A stretch of DNA of 64,000 bases from Schizochytrium sp. TIO01 (taxonomy: Eukaryota > Protista > Bigyra: Labyrinthulomycetes): positions 558,001-622,000 of the forward strand of contig SMSO01000008.1 of the NCBI GenBank assembly GCA_004764695.1, read 5' to 3'. The first letter of the stretch is position 1, and each line of letters opens with the position of its first letter. The position numbers and the translations under genes are program-made. The notes below the pieces were generated by a model. The model was given only the letters and a program-made list of their open reading frames with translations. It did no database searches and was not told the DNA's origin. Below are positions 41,546-56,100 of this stretch, piece by piece.

Positions 41546-44500
41546 TAATCAGCTCCAATCGGAAGCAAGGCGCCATCCCCCCTCACAAACCTTGTATGCA
41601 AACCATAAAAGCGAACTGCCGCTACCAGTGGCTACCGGCTGCTATCCATTAGGACCCTCCTACCCTCCGCTAGAGAGGCCCATCAGGTCTCCATTATTGC
41701 TGTACACAATCGTGGCGCGGCGCAGCCTCGCCGGGGCTCTGAGGCCTGCATGTGGCCGCACGCCAGCCGGCAGGCCTGGCAGGCAGGCAGGCAGGCAGGC
41801 AGGCAGGCCGGCCAGCGTCGACTCCTCAGCGTTCCGCCTCGCCTCGCCTCGCCTCGCCTCGTCAGCAGCTGCCGTGGCGATGGCGATGGCTTCGACGGCA
41901 GCGCGGTCCCAGGCCTTTCCAGTAGCAGTCAGCTATTGACGGCTAGCAGTGCTGTAATTTCGCGCTCTTAAGTGTAAGGCAGATGTGTGGTGAGGAGCGA
42001 CGGCGATGGCGATCTGCAGAAGATTGGTTGCTTGAGATGCGAATGGCGCAGCGTCGCGGAGGGCGGAGAGGTCGCGGCTCCGGCAGAAGGTTCGTGCAGT
42101 GCATGCAATAAAATCGCGAACGGCGCCGCGCAATTTTGGGCCGCCGGTGGGCATTTGCAAGGCACCCCGAATGATGACCCGCCGCACGCACATTTGGACC
42201 ACCGCGGCGGCGCCAAATCAGACTTTGGAGAGGACATCGTCGTTGCGCAGAAGAGACCTGTGAACCGAGACGGCAAAAGCGGCGAGGGCATCGAAGCAGA
42301 AGGCGACGCAGGCTGGATTTGGGGGAATGCGGATTCGTCGCATGCCCGTTTGGCTGGCCCAGGCTGTGTGGTGAGGAGTGCTGGGCAGATCATGCAGGTT
42401 GCAAGCGTGCCGTGCCATGGCAGTTGCTCTTGCGAGTGAGTGAGATTTGCGTGAAGATGCGAAGATTGGTAGCGACGCTGGCGCCCAAAGTTTAGTCTAC
42501 ACAGGATTTCGTGCGGTTTTGTTTCTATTTTGTAAATAACACATTTTTGTTGGTAGTAAATCAAAAGCTAACTTGAAGACCATAGCATAAAAGAGAATGA
42601 AGCATGATGACACCTCGTTTCCAAACTTCAGCGGCAAGGGGAACCCTTCTTTTGCTCAGAACCACATGATATATCGCGAAACCGCATTGGCTACAGCTGA
42701 CCGTCCGTCAGATCGGCCGTTCAACTAGTGCAAAAGCAAGCCTGCCATCGCTGGGGCGCGAACCAGTAGAAAGCAAGGCCTACGTCCACATTCACTGTTA
42801 AGAAAAGCCCACTTCGCAAGAAGAAGAACCAGCCAGCTACCCAATGAATTGCTTGCCTGCAGAATAACTAAGACCATCGACCGTCAGTAATTGGATTGAA
42901 GCGCAGTTCGTCATTTTATAGCGTAGTAGCCACAGAACACCACCGTCGATATCGCTGACCGCTCTTGCGAGCGAGGGAAGACACGACCAAGGCTCGCAAT
43001 ACGAGTCAGCATGGTCCTGGCGATACCTGGGTAGTCGCTTTATTGCATCATCGATCGCGCCATCATTCCGTTGGTCAAAGTAATAGCGAGGCTACAGAAA
43101 TGCGCTGTCATGCATGATCTGTTTATCACGCATGAGACTCGCGATCATCACAGCTTCGGAGTCCCTCCAGAGGACCAACCAGGGCGCTGCATCGCCTGCT
43201 GATCAAAGGACCATTCTGACAAATTTCTCAAAATTCATGGGCTAGCAAAACAAGTATCTAGCTAGTGCAATAGGAGCCGCTGGGATTATCGTGTCTTGTG
43301 CTTCGAGGGCTTCCTCGACCATTTCCAACTCGAAGGAGATAAAGCTCCTTCTCTTGCTTCCACGACCGCGTCCTTCTCCCTGAATGCCATCAAAGACCTC
43401 TCGATGCCAACGAGCTCTGCTCTCTCTTAGAGGCCATAGATCGTAGGGAATCAATCTCAAACACCACAAACCCCGCCATGAACATCCCAATGCCTTGAAC
43501 TGGGCGCCAGAGCGAGTTGTAGTTTATAGCCTGATAGTTTGCTTCACTGCATTTCAAGGCGAATGATTGAAGCTTGAAGTGGGGAGCAAGCTAGGTAGGT
43601 TGATGGCCGTGCTGAGCCCTGGTCTCCTTCCGATAGCTCTGCTAATAAGCAGCAATGGCTTCCTTGAACCAGCTGCCTCCAGCGACGTCTTGCAGGAAGC
43701 TCCGGCGTCGAGGACTCGGGCCCATAACTTGCGCAAGCGTCGGCTGAAGATCGGTTTCGACTCCGGGCTCAGTAAAATAAATACCTAGGAACCTACGCTC
43801 TAGGCTGGAGAGCGGGCATCCAGCCGTACCCAGCGTCGAGCTCAGCATTGGCTATGGCTCGAGCCGAAGGCACATTTCCAAGATTTTCTTTCTTCGTCGC
43901 TATCTATATATCTCTAGAGCTAGAGTTTACAGCATCAGGAGACTTTGTGCTCCGAAGTAGCGATGCTGGGGAGAGTAACAAGTCTAGCTTGGCGAGCCTT
44001 TAGGATTTGTTGCCCCGAATGATGGTGCATAGTCAACAATCGTGACTCAAAGCCAGAGCATCGGTGTATAGTATAATAGAGAGGGATGGAGTGGAGGGCT
44101 AGTGGTAATAGTAGTTTCCTGGTGAAGCGGAGCACATTTACATGTGGCCTGTGGTGATTGATTGTCTTGGGGAGGCGCAAGCTCAACGTCTTTTGCTATC
44201 TGATATAGTAGTAGGTATGAAAGGAGAATTTCCAAGCGGAAATCGCTGTCTGGGGTGCCGAACAATAGCTCAGCAATTTCCTCAAGAGCAAGAATAATAT
44301 CTCAAATTTGTTGCAGCTCTAGGTTTTGTTTGTCACGAGTCAGAATATAGTTTAATAGTATAAATGTTGTGAAAAATTATCTCTTCGCACAAGGCAGCTA
44401 GCTGTTTTGCCCCATCTATTCCAGAGTTGATCTTTTAACAATAGCCTACATCAATTTAGCAGTCTCCCTTCGAAACATGTTTGAAGAGAACGCAAGGAAA

Positions 44501-47335
44501 CGACAAGTAGGTCAACACTGGAAAACGTGCATTCCTTGTCGTAGTCTATTATGCACCCGACCTTTGCAATACAGAATGTTGCTTTTGCCAAACTAATTGG
44601 ACGCAAGTAGGTGTTCTTCTGTTGTTGTTTTTGATATTGAGATACGAGCATTCGCAATCATTTGCAAGGTTTCCTCATTTGTTGGTACGTGTTCATACAT
44701 GTTCGCCTGCAACAAAACGATATACGCTCACTGGTGGAAAACCCTGCCCAGTATCGATTATCGATTTCAACCTGAGTTTTCGAGGCATCTTATTCCGAAC
44801 GCTATAATCGAATGTGATTTCGCGTGGTACTACCAGGGAGGCCTTTGGATTTGTCATCCATCTTCCATGGAAATGTTGTCGTTTATCGGCCAAGTTAAGT
44901 TATCGTCCACCACCAGCTCCGAGCCGAGCAGATCCGAGGGCCGATTGGCACCAAATCTCAATTGGCTCTGCCCAATATCGTCCACGCATCGCACGCTGCC
45001 CCATATCTCCTCATGGGCTGAAGCCACCGGCAAATGTGCCGCTCTTGAGTCCACGGAATGACATTCATTCATACATCCATTCATACATTCATGCCAAGGC
45101 CGAAATGTCGCCCCACTTCGAAATTAATGAATGAATGAATGAAATGAATGAATACCATGGTCGCAAGCCTGCCGTGGTCGCCCCAGCCGCCGCGAACGAG
45201 AATTGGCGGCAGAGATCAGAGTCTGAATGGCCATCGATATCTTCATCGATCTCTTCATCGATCTGCAAAGAGCGCAAAATCTGCAATGCCATGAAATCAT
45301 GAAATCATGAAACCATGAAATCATGAAATCATTTCACTTCTTCTTCTTCATCATCGCCTCCCTTCGAGCTGTCCTCTCTAGCTTCAACGCCCACTGCCTC
45401 TCACCTCCCCAGTGGGGCCAGAGGAGGTACTCCCGCCGAGCACACTTCTTAAAAGTCAGCAGACCTGCGGCACATAGGGGGAACAAGGGCGGCTGCGGAG
45501 GTTTCAGCGCAACAGGTACACAACAGCCGGCGGTGTCACTTCGCAGGCACCCGTAGCATAAGGTGGCGATGGGGAAGGTGTGGGCCAGTGGGTTCAGAGG
45601 GGTAATCTGTCTCTGTAAATCCACAGTAGACACAGAAGGTTCACTTTGGCCCCTTGAAAAAAGGTACAGTGACGTGGGAGGAGAGGGATCTTCCCAAAGC
45701 CGATTCACAAAGAAGGGAGAGACTGTGGCTGGAAAGGTAACCACCGCGAGGTAGAACAGAAAAAGCCCAAAAGAAAAACTCAAAGAAAACCCTCCTTCAA
45801 GATCAAGCCTCTGAAGGCGCCGCTTTGACTCCGCGGCGCTTCGCCAAGGCCACCAGCTCCGTCCTTGGTGCCTCCTTTTCCCCTTATTTTACCCTATTCT
45901 CGAATATCTTCGCTCGTCTCGTTACAGCGATTGATTTCCATTGTCATCTTTGTTTCGCAATTCGGTTTTGCAATTCGGTTCTGCAATTTCAATTTCTGTT
46001 TTAGTTTTAATTTTAATTTTCATTTTCATTTTTAAGTTTTTTGTTTTTCTTCCTTTTTAAATAATTTTTTCCCCTTTTTTTCCTTTCCAAAGTTTCTCTT
46101 TTTGGGTTTCCAATTTATCGTTTTCACTTTTCGAGCGATTCTCTCATTTCGCGACTCGAAGAGGCTTCGGCAATTCTGATCTCCTCGCCAGCAACGGCGC
46201 CGTGGATACGACCTAATCGTCTCCCGCCCGGCCTCGAGGGCCTCCCAAGAGCCCCGCTTCGTTCGCTCAGCTCGAAGCCTGCGAGTCTCCAATTCTCGCC
46301 CGCTGGGCAGGAAAGGAGCGGCGAGGAGGAAAAACTGTTCATCGAAATCACCCCCGCCCTCGTAACCGAAACATTAGTAGTGCTATAGTCCCGTCCCTCG
46401 ACTAGGGGAAAAGGTAGGGCCGGTAGGAGCCGGAGGGGCCAAAAAGAGGCCTAAAAAGGGGCCCAAAGCAGGCGGAAGAGAGCGTGAGAGAAACAAAGAG
46501 AGATTGTTGAAGAGGCCAGCGAGACCAACTCCGACTCGGGCGCCCTCGAGCCGGCGGCGGCGGCACTGCGGAGGCGGAGCGAAGCTCGGAGGCAGTGTCA
46601 GCCTCCCCGCAGGCAGAAGAAGTCCAGCGCGAGAGCCGCAGGGCTGGGCGAAGGCCGGCCGCGACGCGACGCCCGGAAGAGCTTCCGCGATCTGAGGCGG
46701 CCTCTTCCTTTTGTTTTGTTCTTCTATTTCTTCTTATTATTCTCTGCTTGTTCGCTTTGGCGTTCTCATCGCCATCGCAGCCGCCCCGGCACTTTTGCAG
46801 AAACAGACCCTGGGGCTGAGGGAAAGGCCTTTGCCAACCGACGTGCAGCTAGGCAGCCCTGAGTTGCCTGGACCTCTGCTCCAACGTGCCGAAAGGACCT
46901 CGCGAAGAGACACGGAGAAGGTGGGAAAAGATAGAAACTTGGATATCGAGAGGAATAACTAAAACCAAGACTTATTAGACAGCCAGAGAGGCGTAGCAAA
47001 GGAGAACCAAAAACGATTGTCGTTGTCCAATATCCTAAAGAGGATTTTTGGAGGAGAGACTACCTTTTATAGCTTAATCGACTGGTGAATTCATTGACGG
47101 ATAGACTGATTGATTTGTGAAAGGTTTCTTCGTCCGTACTTTGACTCCTTTCAATTTGGTTGTGTGTATTTTTGCATAGTTTTTCCGTTTTTGGTCGTGT
47201 TGCATTTGTTGAAGCTCGCTTGTGCGTAATACCCGTTCGCTGCTGTGTGTGGTTTGCGGGGTTGTTCAAGAGGAGGTCCATTTGCAGAAGGGAAACTCGA
47301 ATTTCAGCCTCGCGAATTCATCTACTGGGCTTGGT

Positions 47336-47367
<32 letters not shown>

Positions 47368-47740
47368 GGTAGAGATCATCATATTTTGCATTGGGCATCT
47401 CATATTACTTGCGCTGTACCTTGTGAACTTCAGTGACAAGGTATTATCACATCGTTCTGAGAGCGTCTTAAGTGCCGCTAGAGAATCGTTCAAGGCAAGG
47501 AACTGGTTTCTTTTCTTGCCTCGCTGACCTGACTCGTTGAGGCACGCCATCCCCTCTTGAGATTATCTTTGGCGTTCTACAACAAGTCTGTGTAACTAGA
47601 CTAGCTAGCTGACTAGCTGACTCAGTTTGTTTTACCCGTTTAAGCTAGGGATCACTGAAGCAGCGAAATTAGCCAACCTCCGTACTGGTAGTTCGCGCGT
47701 GCAAAAATACAACTAGGATTGGTGTTCAACTATAATTGTC

Positions 47741-50286
47741 ATGGAACATATTGACTCGAATCAGGGCGTAGGTCGCGACCAGGAAGTAAAGGGGATCTGG
47801 GGTGACGACGAAAAGACTAGAACATCTATCAACACAGCGTCTTCAGAGTCATCTTCGCCCCCTCTGTCTTCGTCATTTGCAGCAGCTGCAGGAACAACAT
47901 CGACCACTACGGCAACTCCAGGAAACACATTCGTCTCGCCGCTTCCGTTTGCAGCACCACTCACGTTGGGCCAAGACAAGGAGAAGCCTATCGACAGTAT
48001 CAGCACTGCCGCTAGTGCTGGAACCCCTGTTCCACCAGGCTCGGCTTCCACGATTGTGGAGAATAAACTGGCACCCGAGTTCCCGCTCAGAAGCGTCTCC
48101 GCTACAACTAACGCTGGAAGTGTTAGCAGTTCTGTGACTGATATCGACAAGTCAAAGCTGACCTCGGAAGAAGTTATTTCAAAGCATCTCGAAGAACAGC
48201 ACAAAAAGCAAGAGAGCTCTCCTCCGCAAAAGTTGGATTCAACTGTGGCAACAGCCTCCACATCGGAAAGCACATCACTAGCTACTGCTACTACTGCTCA
48301 GGGTAAGAGTGAGGAAGCTGCGAAGACAAAGAAGGCCTCCATGGACCATTCCATTACTGGTGGGTCTACCAACTTCATGAGTGAGTCTGGCACAGACAAT
48401 ACTCACACCCCTGGAACCAGCGTGCAGTCTTTATCAGTTTTCACGCGCCCTTCCGTTTCGGACTATGGCAATATGAACAGCGGAGGACTATACGCTCCAC
48501 AGACGCACTCTGCCTCTGGAGTGAATAATGGAACGCATCTCGGTGAAGCTTCGCATGCAATGAGCGCTCCATCAAACTTGAAACGTAAAGCCTCAGACAT
48601 GACTCCCGACCCCGTGGTCGACACGGCGAATCTTCAACAGCAAAAACCCGCAGATCCAGCTGCTAATGTAGCAGAAGATGGTCTTACCGACTTGCAGCGA
48701 CGTATGCAAGAGAATTCACTTGTTTACGGCTGCGATGCCTGCCAAAAGCAGCCTCTTCACAATGTTCGCTACCACTGCAAAATTTGTGAAGATTTTGATC
48801 TCTGCCAGGGATGTTTTGAGTCCCCAGTTCCTAAACATGACCCGACACATTTGAAGTTTATGACGCGTGTGCCGATTGCATTTGTCCCGGCTCGCTGGAC
48901 TCCCCTACCTGGCAGTGGTATTACATCTGTGCAAACCACAGTAGAAGCCCCCCCGGTACAAAAGCCAACAACTGAGCAGAGTTTCACAGGCTTTGCGAAC
49001 CCCGTGAAAGCCAATATCGCGCCCAGTAACAATGGTACCAACACGTCAAAGAGCAGTAACTTTTATAACCAGGCTCAACCAACAGTTGAAACAGATAAGG
49101 ACAACTTCGGAGGTTCCACTGTCGGTAGTGCTTCTAAATCTGGAGCGCGCATTGCGAAGCGTGTCAAAACTGGAAAAGATAGCCCGAAGCTGCCACGCCG
49201 TTCGAGCCTGGGAGGTAATACGATTGCGGGGCAATCCATGGACAAAATGAATGAGGAGCTTCAAGCATGCAATCTTCAACCGGTCACCGCTGGGCGCCTG
49301 AGCACTAAAGCCTCTAGCAACTTTATGAACATCATGACAGCGGGATGGATCAAGTTTGCGCACGAGTACTCAGGTGGGGTTCCAGGTGCCCGAGTCTCAA
49401 AGGACTCGATTTTTGCTCAAACCCTTGCTATCAATGCAATGTACCTCGCTGGAATCCCCCTGCCCGGGTTAGCAAGGAGTTTGAGCAGGACTATTCAACC
49501 CTCGACGAAACTCGCGCGATGCTCTCCGCCGTGGTGGACCAGCTCATGGAGGCTGATGAGGATGAATGGTTTTGTAGCCCAGTGCCCAAAGATGAGCCTG
49601 GCTATTATGATACTATTAAAGAGCCTATGGATTTGCAGACAATCAGCGAGAACCTTGCTGAGAATGATTCTTATGAAATGAACTCCCCTGAGGCGCTTTA
49701 TATTGCTGTAACCAGGGATATTTTCTTGATATGGCAAAATGCAATGATGTTCAATCCCTCTGCGCACCCTGTGCATGCTCGAGCGGCAGTACTTGCCGCC
49801 CAGTCAGTCGAAGTTCTTTCTCAGACTGCTCGCCAACTTGGTTTGACCATCCCGGAAGCTGCATTGACCTTTAAGTTCCGTACGAAAACACCCAGTGCGG
49901 CCACAACCGCATCCGTGAAACCAGGCGCCAACTCATTCTCAGCTCAAGGGAGCCAACTTAAGATCCGTCGTAAACAACGGCCTTTGGATATTGATGCGAA
50001 CTACCAACCTGATCATCACAACGGTAGCGGTGGCGGTAACAGCAGCAGCGGCTTTGTCAAAGATGAAGATTATGGCACAGACTTTCTGCCTACTGGAAAT
50101 GGAACCAACCGTAGACCTGGCTCTGCACGCTCGCGTGTCAGCAGAACATCAAGCACTGATGCCGAGGTCGCTCGCCTGCAGGCTGAGCTCCAGCGTGCAA
50201 ACGCTCGCATTGACTATCTGATGGAGATTGTGGAAGAAGGACTTATGGGCATGCGTGCTCGCGTAACCTCTTTGCGCAATAAATGA
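47741..50286 (+). CDS. ZZ-type zinc finger + bromodomain chromatin protein, split across two frames near 49441-49472 (about 848 aa if one base is restored)
   Basis: ZZ motif CDACQKQPLHNVRYHCKICEDFDLCQGCF..H...H in the 47741 frame. Bromodomain FCSPVP...PGYYDTIKEPMDLQTI...IWQNAMMFNP in the -1 frame, followed by a C-terminal coiled coil. Confidence 0.8.
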
Positions 50287-53177
50287 TCTGCATAACCGAA
50301 GAAGCCTGTGAGATATCTGAATAACTAAGGCAAGAAAGCCCAGTTAGCCATCAGTGTCTCAGGAGGTTATCTAGTTATGTTGAACATATTTCTTCTCCCG
50401 GAGGGTATAAGCCTTGCATTATCTGTGTTGTGCTCGCGGTTAGTGCTTCTATCTTGTTGTATCCTCGCATGTTAATGGATCTATTAACTCAGGCAGTTCT
50501 AACCTGCCACAGTTTCCGGGTTATTATTAAATTGCGAGTTGCTGCTCTTGAATGGCGGTTCAAGTCTCTGAACAGGGAGCTCATCACCCACCATTAACTC
50601 ATTCTGTAGGAAGCACAAACGGCTGGGAAGCTAATTGTTTGCTGTAGTTTGCACTATTTCTTTTGGAAAGTCGCAGCACGTTGTAGGCAGACGTGATTTA
50701 GTGCGGGGAATGCACACAGATCACTTGCATAACAACGACTCTTCTTGTCGCTTTCTCTTCCTCGTGTTTCTCTGGTTTGCCAATTCTCCGCACGCATATT
50801 CCTAGATTCTTATCTTGCTGGAATTTTTAGACATTAAAACCATACATTTCATAGTGGTGGTGTCTTCCTCTTCCTCCTCCTCCTCCTCCTTTTCTAGTTA
50901 CTCCCTTATTAAAACAACTTCTGTAATCAGAATACTATGAACACCAATATTACTTTGTCAAAGTCTAGAGGTGATGCTTCGTGGGCCTCTCTCAATATCA
51001 ATAGATATTTGTCAAGTAAGTGGCTAATCCTCGCACGGTTGCTCTCTGTAGTAAAATGAAAAAAAATAAAATAAGTAAAACGTGCCGCGTATAACCTAAA
51101 GTAGTTGTCAAAAAGAATGTTTTCCAACGTCCATTTCGCAATAGTTTTATTTATGTCTCTAGCCCTCTGGTTTTCTGGATGCCCTAAGTTTTATTTGTAG
51201 TAAGACGATATCTCTTTGTCTTATTTTAGGTAGTAAACCATGGAACGAGCAAGGACATGTTTCCTTCTAAGCCACTCTCACTCACCAGAGGCTTCATCTA
51301 TCAATCCATGTACTTGGTAAAAGCCCAGACCAAACCACAGCACGAGTAGACCAAACATAGCACTCGTACTTGAATTTTAACATGAGCAGCTCTTTCCTTG
51401 TCACAGTTGTTTCAGTCAAGACGACAAATCGCAATTAATTCATTTGACTTGGAGGTTCCTAAGTATCAAATAGCATGAAGCTATCCTCAGCTTTAGCTTT
51501 CTTAATATGTAAAGGAATAGTCTTCAATGAGTTTAGCCAATATTTGCAGTAAGTAATGCTCCCAAAGAGAAGAATCTGTTACAAAAGTTACCCCTCGTGC
51601 ATCTCAAATATAAGGATTAGAAACATACCTTGCTCAGAGCCTCTCCATCAATATAACGAATTTGATTCCCTGGCCAGGAGGTTTGCTCACTTTTTCTTTC
51701 TACATGTCGTTTTGCACCTTTGGTTCTCTAAGGTTAGAAAGATCCTCTCCCTCTCTTCCCCTCTGAATAATCGATTCCCTGTAAGCCAGACCACATCTCA
51801 CAGCACTCTCCATCTCCACATCACCTATCATTAGAAATCTGCATATGAATCGATAGGTTATATTGACTGAAGCAACTCCCGTTCATATACAGGGAGTTCC
51901 GCAGCGAATAGCCTGACCATCAGCACGCAGCTGTCACCCTCCGGCATACTCTGCTCTTTTCCAACAGGATTGCCCGATTCTTTGTCACCTCCATGCTCAG
52001 TCAACAGTACAGTGCGTAGTTCTAAAATAGAAATTTAGCTAACCATGCAATGCAAGATACCAAGTCAGAGGCCGCGGGCTTTGCACAGTTTCCTCGGCTT
52101 AAATGTTCTTCATCCACTCCAGCACTGCCATAGACGGTTTACAAAGGATCAAAAGAAAAAGAAACGAGAGAAGAATTCCTGGAACATAAAGAACGCATCA
52201 AGAGAACAGCCCTTCAGAAGAGAACAAGAAGAACTAGCGCAGCAAGGCGGAGGGTGCCGCGGCGCGAAACCAGCTGCCACGACCGCTCCAGGAGCTGCCA
52301 CCCGGCGGGGACAGACGGAGGCGGGAGATGGGTTCGTGGAGAGAGGCCCTAAGCAGCCTGTGCCCCGCCATTGCCGCTCTTGCCGGCTCCGCAGACCTCG
52401 AACCTGTGGACTGCGCCGGGACCACCCAAAATAGGTGAAGAATTATAAAAAGAAGAAAACAATTTTTTTAAGTTGAAAAGTTTTTATTCTTTCTTTCTCT
52501 TTCGCATTCGTTTCGCAGTTTGCTCTACAATGGAGCTTCAGATGTATAGTGAAGTATTCTGTGTACTGAAAGTAGGTTATAGAAGGGTATAGTAGGATAT
52601 TGGATTCTGGGAACGCAGGGTTTGCGGAATGCTATTGATTCGCGAGAATGCATTCTCCTCGTTTAGAAGAAATACTCCCGAACGAAGCACGGTGCAAGCC
52701 TTGGCATGGCCACGCTGGGACCCAGAGTGGCCCCTGAAGGTGCTCCCAAGTTCCCTTCAGCATCATCGAATGAATGAATGAACGAGTCGCTGACTGAATG
52801 GAAACTGCTGTCATTCTTGGAAAGTCTCCTGTCATTTCTATTTTACTTTTCTTTCTGTCTCGAGAAAGAAGAAATAATAAACAGGCAATTGGCCAAGTCC
52901 ACAAGTGAGCTATAGCTTCGATATGTGCAGTAAATGAATCGCAATATAGTCGATTATAGACCGCTTATAGTAGGTTTTATTTTTGCAAATGGATTATAGA
53001 GAAAAAGAAAAGCAACCCATAATTTATGTCCTCGTAAGTGGTCTTCTCAGAAAGGCCAAGCAAACTCAACTTGGTGAGTTCAATTCGTGAATCAAATCGA
53101 TTCCTCGATTTGCCAAGCAAGCCGCTTCGTCGATCGAAACGAGATCGAGAGGCGTTTTGCCCGCCTGCGCTAGACTC

Positions 53178-56100
53178 ATGCTGCGGCTGGGCCTCTCGCG
53201 GCTGCGGCCGGCCCCTCGGTCGACGGCCAATTCGTATGCCTTGCTCGGACCTCATCCCTCACTCTCAGCTCGTGCTGTGAGCGGCGTCTTCGTTCGACAA
53301 TACAATACGAAGAAGCCTCGTCGTAAGCGCCAAACCAAGTCTTACAAGAATCAACCCCGCACCGAGTCCAAGGATGACCCACTTAACATGCGCGGTGTGA
53401 CCAATCGCAAGGCGTACTTGAGCCCCGATGGTGGCTCGCCAGAACTACGAGAGCTCGCAAACCCTGCCGTCATCAAGGAGCTCGTCTTCGATGCAGAGCT
53501 CGTCCGACAGCTTATCCAGCCCAACCCTGACTTCTCTAGGATTGACGTCCCACATGCGTGGAACCCCCTTCCCGGAGACACGACTCCCGAAGAAGAAATT
53601 CAATTTGCAATGCGTCTCGACGCCATTCAACAAAATGCCAGCAACAGGCGCCACGCAAATTTGCTCCCAGCAAACTCTGACACCTTCGGGAACACGTCAA
53701 GTCATTCCTTGGGAGCATATGCAGAGAACACGCAAGCTGGCAAGGGCTCGGGCAGATTTAAGAACCACCTGGATAATGAGGACATTGTGCCGCTCCATGC
53801 GAGCGATATTGTGCAAGCGCTGGGGAAATCAGAAGTGAGACCGCACGGAGGACTAGAGAATGCAGCAGAGGATGCAGTGAGCTTTACTGAAACAGGGCAC
53901 CTAGTGGAGAGCGTAACAAATGTAGCGCTAGCAGAGCTGAGGCGGGATCTGGATGCAGGGGATATGAAATCCGCAAAGGAGCTAGCTATTATGTTGGAGG
54001 AAGCAGGAGAAAAAACCATTTCGGACTCAGTGGTTGAGTGCATTGTGTCAGCTCAAATCAAGGACAAACAGGTGCACCCGGCAGCAGATACGATCAATGA
54101 CCTGATTATTCAGAGAGGACGCAAACCAACGGTGCCTCAAATCTGCGCTTTGCTGGATGGCTTGCTGAAAATGCGTGAGGTTAGGCGCGCAAAGAACATT
54201 TGGGACTCACTAAACACACGTTTTGAGATCGAAGAGAACCTTCAGCTCACGCGCACCCTCATGCACCTTGAAGCACTCCAGCAGAATGGATTTGGTGCCC
54301 GTCGCCGCCTCATTGAGTTTGAGGGCAGTGTCCTCGACATCGGCTCGCTTCGCTTGAACGACATGGGAAATGTGCATGATCGCCGCGAGGTCATCATGGT
54401 GCGTGATGTCTACCATTACGCCATGCAGGCATGTGCCCGTGACAAGGACAATGTTCACTACGCCTTTGACATCTTCCAAACTATGCGCCACCACAACCTC
54501 CCAGCCAACTCTGTGACGCTCTCCATTCTTCTTAACTCATGCCAGACTCTACTTGACTACGAGCTCGCGGAGGAGATTTGGGTTGATCTTACCCAGAATG
54601 AAGGCGTCGTTCCTGACACCGTAGCTTACTCAAGCTTGCTCTCGGTTTACCAGCGTATCGCCCACGCAGAATGTGCCCCGAAACCGAAGGCTGACTATTG
54701 GCAAAAGAACAAACCTGTTGGCTATAAGAGCCCCGAACCATATGATCAGGCCCGTGATCTCGTCCGCATCCTCAAATACCTTCCGACGGATGCATACTTC
54801 AATCCGCACTATGACAAACTTCTCATCCAGACCGCAAACGAGCATGCGGCTGCCGACGCAGAGGCCAAGTACAATGGCACATGGCACGAAGCTTTTGAGG
54901 ACCTTAACATTGCAGACCGCGACTACTTTCTGCGTCAACTTCAGAAAGAACAACTTCTTGCGCATGGAGATGAGCTTACTTTGGCCGCACAGCAGCGTGC
55001 CATGCGTGCGGCAGCTCTTGAAGGTGCCAAAAACGACAATACCATGATGATTGGATCCACCCTCGATGGTACTGCTCATTTTGAAGACGATGAAGATGAA
55101 TTCAATGAGGATGACCTCATTCACGCCCCTGTTGGAGCAGGCGCAGCAGAGATGGGCCTTAACCTTCCTCTCATGATGAGACAGGACCTTTCAGAGAACA
55201 CATCGGTTCCGGAGACTCTTTTCGAACCCGTCAGTTTGTCCTCCCCCACACCTGATGCTGTGCATGATCTCCTGGACCTTCCTGTGAAACCTAAAATGGA
55301 GCAAAACATTGTTGATGAGTTCTCCAAGATGGGTTACGATGGAAAGCGCATGCAAGACGCCTTTGACCACAATAAAACTGATGAAGAGGTTCGCCGCACT
55401 CGCATCCTCGGAAGCATTGATGACGATGACCTTGATGATGACGACAATGGAGACTTTGGTACCCTAGACGACCTCATGGCCGCTCTCAGCAAGCAGCATG
55501 CCGTAGCCGCAGGCGAGAATGTTGATAATAGCGTTAACTCCAACGAGGTCATTCCCAAGGGTTACGACCGTCTTAATGTTCCTGACGCAGAACTCGTTGT
55601 GGCTATGCTCCGCACTTTCGGACATAATAGACGCTCGGCAGAGCACCAGATTGTCAAGATGAGCGACGAGAACTTTCGCAAGGAACTTGCGAAGGTGCGT
55701 GAGAATAAGCACCTTCTCAGTGATGACCTCATCGCTCAAATCACGCGTGACAATCTTCAGTCCTTCTCTCGGCCTGACCAGAACCGTCATCGCCTCGAGG
55801 ACGATGATGATGATATTGAGGACTTTAACCAGCTCGACCCTAACAAGACCCGCAACAATGGCAAAAACGCCAAGGTTGTGAACTGGGAAGATTTGAACGA
55901 TGATGACTTTGATGAGGATGGCGAAATGACCGGCGAAGAAATTGAAAGGATGTTTGCTCAAGCTGAAGCTCAATTGAATGGTGCAGGATGGGGTGAAGAT
56001 TCAAAGGAAGAGGCCCCTGACCACGAATCATCAGTGTTTCCTCCTACCACCGTAAAGGGCAACGATGGCATTCTGCGTCGCGTTTGGGCAGAAGACTTCA

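Noticed and set aside
43740-43775. tRNA-like T-loop strings (GGTTTCGACTCC here, GGTTTCGATCCC at ~57267)
   Set aside because: Not the GGTTCGA consensus, and no cloverleaf or A-box could be built around them.
41968-45061. ORFs of 150-198 aa in the long interval between the bZIP and ZZ-bromodomain genes
   Set aside because: Non-ATG starts, no recognisable domains and no host-like codon bias. Treated as intergenic.
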